Origin: Bdellovibrionales bacterium GWA1_52_35
GTDB lineage: Bacteria; Bdellovibrionota; UBA1018
Reading direction: 5' to 3'
DNA length: 64,000 nucleotides
Assembly (NCBI GenBank): GCA_001769805.1
Contig: MEPO01000021.1
Coordinates: 64,836 to 128,835, forward strand
How positions within the stretch are numbered: position 1 is the first letter of the stretch; each line of letters starts with the position of its first letter. A program made the translations under genes and the position numbers. Under the pieces are notes generated by a model. It worked only from the letters and a program-made list of their open reading frames with translations. It was not told where the DNA came from and searched no databases. Of this stretch, positions 59,171 through 64,000 are shown piece by piece.

Positions 59171-59915
59171 ATCCTTTTCCTCGTAATCTCTCGACCCAGT
59201 CGCCGAGTTCCTTGCTGATATCGGGTGTCAGTCCAGTGAAACGGATTCCGACGCCCTGATTCTGGTGCAACAATCGAATAGGCTTTCCCTGGCATCGGAG
59301 TTGACGCTCCTTATGGGAGAAGATCATTTCCACTTTGGCTGATTTTCGGAGCACAGGCAATGAATCCCGCCCGAAAACCGCCTGCTCGCAAAAAACAAAC
59401 GCGCCCTCATCGTCCATCCGGGCGACACGGCATTGCTTCCAAAACTGTTCGGTTTCAGAACCGCCTGCAATCCCTCCAAAGCCGATTTTACAGGAAATCT
59501 CCGGAATCGACTCAGGAAGTCCCTGGAACCACTCTGCTCCGGGGTTGAAATAGGAGCGATTCATTTCCTTTGAAATCCAAAACAGGACCGTCGTGGCGAA
59601 GGAAATCAGGAAAACAGTGAAGAAACCCAAAGCCGGATTACGGGCTTCTATGGCCAGCACACCAGAAAGCGCGATCCATATGCCACTCAGAATGACCGTG
59701 GTGTGCAATGCCCATTGCCGACCCCTGCTCATCAGGAACGTGATCGGCAAAAGCAGCAGAAATACCACCCCGCCCGCAATCCCCATATCCTCAAGAGGAA
59801 GGCGCCACCAGGGCGCGCGCTGCACCAGGGCGACATGGAAAGCCACGAGAGGAACCGCAAGCAAGAGCAGACCAGCTCCAATTTGCAGTCGTAAAGGAAC
59901 GCTCACCACTTTCAT
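59160..59915 (-). CDS. 4-TM membrane protein with a degenerate C-terminal PilZ-like barrel
   Basis: Four hydrophobic helices; MDDEGAF and GVGIRF; no RxxxR motif. Confidence 0.6.
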   Translation of the reverse strand: MKVVSVPLRLQIGAGLLLLAVPLVAFHVALVQRAPWWRLPLEDMGIAGGVVFLLLLPITFLMSRGRQWALHTTVILSGIWIALSGVLAIEARNPALGFFTVFLISFATTVLFWISKEMNRSYFNPGAEWFQGLPESIPEISCKIGFGGIAGGSETEQFWKQCRVARMDDEGAFVFCEQAVFGRDSLPVLRKSAKVEMIFSHKERQLRCQGKPIRLLHQNQGVGIRFTGLTPDISKELGDWVERLRGKGYVD

Positions 59916-59980
59916 CCATATAAAATCTCACGCGGATCGAGCGCTTGTCAACGAACCATCATTGAACGTAAACTATACCC

Positions 59981-60220
59981 ATGTCACATATGATCAGCAA
60001 AGCCTGTACGAAGTGTGGTGCCTGTATTACCGAGTGCCCAACAGGATCGATTGTTGAGGGTAAAAATCAATATTACATTGATGCCGACACTTGCGCAGAT
60101 CATGCCGCATGCCTGAACGTCTGCCCCGTTGAAGCAATCTCACCCCGCCCCATTCCGTCTTTCATTGCCGCGAAAGAACGCCTGAACAAGCGAGACGAAG
60201 AGGAAGAAGAAGAGGAATAG
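59981..60220 (+). CDS. Small 4Fe-4S dicluster-type ferredoxin with an acidic tail
   Basis: CTKCGACITECP and CADHAACLNVCP; C-terminal DEEEEEEE. Confidence 0.85.
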   Translation: MSHMISKACTKCGACITECPTGSIVEGKNQYYIDADTCADHAACLNVCPVEAISPRPIPSFIAAKERLNKRDEEEEEEE

Positions 60221-60222
60221 AT

Positions 60223-61383
60223 ATGGCTTCGCAGACACTCCACATACTGGGAGTGATGACCGGGACCTCCTGTGATGGACTGGATGCCGCCTGCATTTCG
60301 ATTTCCAAGGATGGCTGGACTCCCCTTTGGTCGGCCGCCCGCCCCTACCCCTCGCACCTGCGCAAGGAAGTCCTTGATTTTCAACGCCCGAAAAGCCGGG
60401 TAAGCGCCCAGGAGTGGCTCGATCTGCACCGGCGGCTGGGAGAATGGTATGGCCGGGAACTGAAAAGGATCATTTCGAAAAATGGAGTTCCCGATGCGAT
60501 TGCCAATCACGGGCAAACCATCGCGCATTATCCTGCCAAAGGTCATCGCGGCATCACGCTCCAGATGGGTGAACCCACACGCATTGCCCACGCAACAGGA
60601 ATTACCGTCGTTTCCAATTTCCGCGATGGCGATATGGCCGCCGGCGGACAAGGGGCGCCGCTGACCCCCTTATTCCACCGTTTACTGGCCCAAGGGATTG
60701 ACAAGAGTTCGCGCGGAATTTCAATCCATAACCTGGGAGGGATCAGCAATCTCACCTACATCGGACCGGAAGATTTTCTGCTCGCGTTTGATACCGGCCC
60801 TGCGAATATCTGGATTGACGCCGCAACTGAACGTGCCACGAAAGGCAAACGCAAATTCGATAAAGGTGGCAAGCTCGCCCTTACCGGCGAGATTGACTGG
60901 CCCGCAATGGATCGCCTTTTGAAGCATCCTTACTTTTCAAAGTCCGCTCCCAAGTCCACGGGACGCGATGATTTCCCGGTTGAGTACTTTTTCAAAAACA
61001 CCAAAGCCAAAGGCGCCAATCTGGTCGCGACAGCCACAGCCCTGACCGTGGAGTCAATCGCCCAAGCTTATGAAAAAGTGATTTTGGCCCGCAAACTTCC
61101 ACTATCGACGATTTACTTCTGCGGCGGAGGAGCGCAAAATCCTGCAATTCTTGCGGCCCTCAGTGAACGCCTACCCGCCGTTAAAATTACCACTCTCGCG
61201 CAAGTCGGCCTGGACGGTCAGCTCATCGAAGCCCAGGCTTTTGCGTTTTACGGATTCCTTTCACTGCTCGGCCAGCCTCTGGGTGGAAGCTGGACGGGTG
61301 CCGCCAGCTTCGGGCCGCCGGGCCACATTGTTCCCGGAAAAAACTGGCTGGCACTCGCACGCAAAATCCAGGAAGTTTCTTAA
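60223..61383 (+). CDS. anmK: Anhydro-N-acetylmuramic acid kinase
   Basis: GVMTGTSCDGLD, HGQT, GGQGAPL, NLGGISN, FDTGPAN, PKSTGR, CGGG. Confidence 0.93.
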   Translation: MASQTLHILGVMTGTSCDGLDAACISISKDGWTPLWSAARPYPSHLRKEVLDFQRPKSRVSAQEWLDLHRRLGEWYGRELKRIISKNGVPDAIANHGQTIAHYPAKGHRGITLQMGEPTRIAHATGITVVSNFRDGDMAAGGQGAPLTPLFHRLLAQGIDKSSRGISIHNLGGISNLTYIGPEDFLLAFDTGPANIWIDAATERATKGKRKFDKGGKLALTGEIDWPAMDRLLKHPYFSKSAPKSTGRDDFPVEYFFKNTKAKGANLVATATALTVESIAQAYEKVILARKLPLSTIYFCGGGAQNPAILAALSERLPAVKITTLAQVGLDGQLIEAQAFAFYGFLSLLGQPLGGSWTGAASFGPPGHIVPGKNWLALARKIQEVS

Positions 61384-62366
61384 ACGCCGCTCATCGGCAG
61401 CCAGTGTCCAAAAGCTCCGATGCCGGGGCCATGGGCTTGCGCATTGCAACCATAAAGAAAAGCTCTCGGGCCAAATTCACGGGGAAGTTCCTGCACTCCT
61501 GCCGCCGCGCCAAAATAGCAAGGACCTGCCCAGCCCGACCGGTCAAATACCAGGGGAAGTGAGCGATCAACCCAGATTCTCTCTCCGATTCGATGATTCA
61601 GGGTCTCCAGCCGAATCCGAAGTGGCTCAGCCAAAGAGCCAGTCTCGATTCCATCGAGTAATGCCATATGTGCATCAAACCAGAGCTCGGGTGTACCCAC
61701 ATCCTTCCAAAGGCAGTTAGCGGAATACGCACACGCTCTGCCCGCGCGAACTGCGGGAGCAAGAATTTGCGGTACAAATTCTGATGGACCCGGAGCCAAA
61801 TGCGTTAACGCTTCGGGCTCGAGAACGGCAGCACCCATGAAATACGGCTTACCAGTAACGACCTGGCCGAGACGTGTGATCAATCCAGTGATCGGATCGG
61901 AAACGATCTCCCGATACGCACCCGCTCGTCCCGGAAGTATCGCCAATGTCACGAGTACGCCAAACTTCCGGTGCATCATCTGATGATATTCACCGAGATC
62001 TTTGAGACTGAGATCACTAAGGACGTCTGCATTGACAAGGAAAAACGCTTCGCCCTCAAAGAGAGGCAAGGCCTGGCGAATCCCCCCGCCACTCCCGAGA
62101 AGCTGAGAACTTTCATCGCTGATGATCAGACGTGTTTGAGGCGGGCCGGCCAGATCCAACGAACGCAGGCCGGCTTCTGCCTGCTTTGGATGATGATGGA
62201 TGTTTGCGACAATTTCGGTCACGCCCGCGCGAATCAGCGCGTCGACCGCGAACTGAGCCATGGGAACGCCCAGGAGCGGCACGAGCGCCTTTGGAAAATC
62301 AAGAGTAATGGGCTGCAGTCGCGTCCCAAGCCCTGCCGCCATCAACATGGCTCGATGGATTCTCAT
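61380..62366 (-). CDS. murU: MurU-like sugar-1-phosphate nucleotidyltransferase
   Basis: AMLMAAGLGTRL.P.T...PKAL, LLGSGGGI, NAD, WKDVGTPE; directly downstream of the amgK-like gene. Confidence 0.7.
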   Translation of the reverse strand: MRIHRAMLMAAGLGTRLQPITLDFPKALVPLLGVPMAQFAVDALIRAGVTEIVANIHHHPKQAEAGLRSLDLAGPPQTRLIISDESSQLLGSGGGIRQALPLFEGEAFFLVNADVLSDLSLKDLGEYHQMMHRKFGVLVTLAILPGRAGAYREIVSDPITGLITRLGQVVTGKPYFMGAAVLEPEALTHLAPGPSEFVPQILAPAVRAGRACAYSANCLWKDVGTPELWFDAHMALLDGIETGSLAEPLRIRLETLNHRIGERIWVDRSLPLVFDRSGWAGPCYFGAAAGVQELPREFGPRAFLYGCNAQAHGPGIGAFGHWLPMSGV

Positions 62367-62368
62367 GA

Positions 62369-63475
62369 TCAGAAATAGTAATAATGAAACAACGCTTCGC
62401 GAAGTCGCGAGTACTTCGGGTATTTCAGAAGTGTGCGCCGGATGTTCTCAAAAGTATTTCCAATGTATTTCAGATAAGTCGCATCCCCACGCCGGTTCAA
62501 GAACGACGCGAAGCTCCCGATTGCCTTGAAATTACGCTGCACGGACATCATGTCAAATTCGTACTGGAACTGAGCCCGGCTCAAGCGCTCTCCTGTGAGA
62601 GCTTCCCAGCGCGCGACGTAATAATCGAGCAAATGTGACACCTGGTCTTCTTCCAGTTGATAGTAGCTATCCTTCAGGATTGAGGCTAAGTCGTAGGTCA
62701 CGGGCCCCAATCGGGCGTCCTGGAAATCAATCATGACCAGACGGTTGGCTGTCACTGAGGGGTGTCCCACGGCGGGCGAAACCACCATGATGTTACGACT
62801 ATGAAAATCGCGATGGGCCAGAACCGTCGGAAGCCCCGCCAGGAAACCACAGATTTCACTAAATCCATCCAGCATGATCTTGCGATCAGCATCCCGGATC
62901 TGGCGTTTAAGGTGTTTTTCGTAAAAATGTTCGATCGTATTAGTCATTTCCCAGAAGAGCTTCTCCTGGTCAAATTTGAGACGGAAGGCCTCGAGATCCG
63001 CACCGGCGTTTGCTGGATTTCGTGGTGAGGAATTCAGCTGCAGATCGATCAAATCGCTCAGCACACGCTCATAAAGATGTCTCTCGACGTCAGCATTCGA
63101 AACATCCTGAAGACAGCGCAAAAGAGTGTCATCTCCGAGGTCTTCGAGAAGAATCAGGCCATTCTTCGGATCGACATCATAGATTTCCGGAACCTTGACT
63201 CCGTTTTGCTTCAGGTGCTGCTGCATGATCAGGAAAGGCAGCGACTGGCCCTGTTGTTCAAATGATTCCATGCGCATGACAATGAATGTCTGCTCGCCAC
63301 AAACAACACGATAATATTTCCGGGCACTCGCATCACCTGGCAGCTTGGTGATCGAATCAACGACTTTGGAGGATTTAACCCAACTTGTAATGTCCTCTTC
63401 CCCTTGCATGAGCGGTTCAAACATCCTCTTCACCTCCGTTATCGTCGTCTTGGAGACGCCCCGGCTTGCAGTCAC
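62369..63475 (-). CDS. amgK: AmgK-like anomeric MurNAc/GlcNAc kinase (APH fold)
   Basis: GDASARKYYR, LEDLGD, HRDFHSRN, IDFQDA, YDLAS, QRNFKAIG.F. Confidence 0.8.
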   Translation of the reverse strand: MTASRGVSKTTITEVKRMFEPLMQGEEDITSWVKSSKVVDSITKLPGDASARKYYRVVCGEQTFIVMRMESFEQQGQSLPFLIMQQHLKQNGVKVPEIYDVDPKNGLILLEDLGDDTLLRCLQDVSNADVERHLYERVLSDLIDLQLNSSPRNPANAGADLEAFRLKFDQEKLFWEMTNTIEHFYEKHLKRQIRDADRKIMLDGFSEICGFLAGLPTVLAHRDFHSRNIMVVSPAVGHPSVTANRLVMIDFQDARLGPVTYDLASILKDSYYQLEEDQVSHLLDYYVARWEALTGERLSRAQFQYEFDMMSVQRNFKAIGSFASFLNRRGDATYLKYIGNTFENIRRTLLKYPKYSRLREALFHYYYF

Positions 63476-64000
63476 AGCTTCTTGATCCTCTTCTGGATTT
63501 CCAAAAACTCTGGAGACCTTACTACAGGATTACGCAAAGGAGCACTCTCTGCAATGACCCGTCGCGTTTTTTGAATTAATTTTCCTAGAACGGCCTGTTC
63601 ATAAGGTGAGTGTTCCGGTCGGGCCCGATATAAATCCAGGAGAGCCGAAACACCCCGGGGGTCATATCCCGCACGGTAAAGAATCCCGACGGCATCCGAT
63701 GCCGCCGCAAGTAGTGTCTCTTGATTGAAATTGAAAACTCCACGCGGCCCAAAGTACTCAACTGCCTTCAGTTGGCCGGGTTCAGGTAAAAGCAGGTGGT
63801 CAAATGAGTTGGCATCCTGGGCAAGAGTTGGTCCAAGGGCCCCAAGAGCCCTGGATTCGGCATCCATGTGTTGACGCACCCGCCAGAGAACACTTTTTCG
63901 CATCAAATGGCCCAACTCAATCGCAATTACAGCCGCCAGTTGGTTTTCATATTCTACTTTTTTCAAAAGACCTGCCGCAATGTAAATCCTGTTCCCGGGA
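63472..64000 (-). CDS. M48-family peptidase-like protein with a degenerate Zn motif, 5'-truncated by the window edge
   Basis: The frame stays open to the edge: PGNRIYIAAGLL...LAAVIAIELGH...AGYDP. Confidence 0.75.
   Translation of the reverse strand, partial: PGNRIYIAAGLLKKVEYENQLAAVIAIELGHLMRKSVLWRVRQHMDAESRALGALGPTLAQDANSFDHLLLPEPGQLKAVEYFGPRGVFNFNQETLLAAASDAVGILYRAGYDPRGVSALLDLYRARPEHSPYEQAVLGKLIQKTRRVIAESAPLRNPVVRSPEFLEIQKRIKKL

Overview
A gene-dense bacterial chromosome window with about 60 CDSs. I recognised no rRNA, tRNA, CRISPR array, transposase or integrase. Gene content (PilZ proteins, Flp pilin, CFI-box protein, serpin, type-2 IleRS) suggests a Bdellovibrionota/former delta-proteobacterial genome; this is inference only. 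Most of 1-42.7 kb and 58-64 kb is housekeeping: rnr, pruA, ileS, trmO, rnhA, ftsH, lspA-lgt-B12/iron ABC, dksA-galU-priA, lepB, lptG-def-fmt-rpe-hutHUI, rlmE, mreB, mtgA plus a transpeptidase, and anmK/murU/amgK. The standout region is 44.5-58.2 kb. It holds an archaic (Csu/spore-coat-U-like) chaperone-usher pilus locus with three paralogous pilins, interleaved with two TMTC-like GT-C/TPR glycosyltransferases (one starts 5 nt after a pilin stop), a polyprenol-phosphate GT2 and two SAM methyltransferases. Each pilin has its own sigma28-like promoter. The putative major pilin mRNA ends in a cUUCGg terminator and has mutually complementary 5' and 3' UTRs. Hypothesis: a sigma28-controlled chaperone-usher pilus that is glycosylated with a methylated sugar by bacterial TMTC enzymes. 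All product calls come from motif recognition by eye; no database searches were run.
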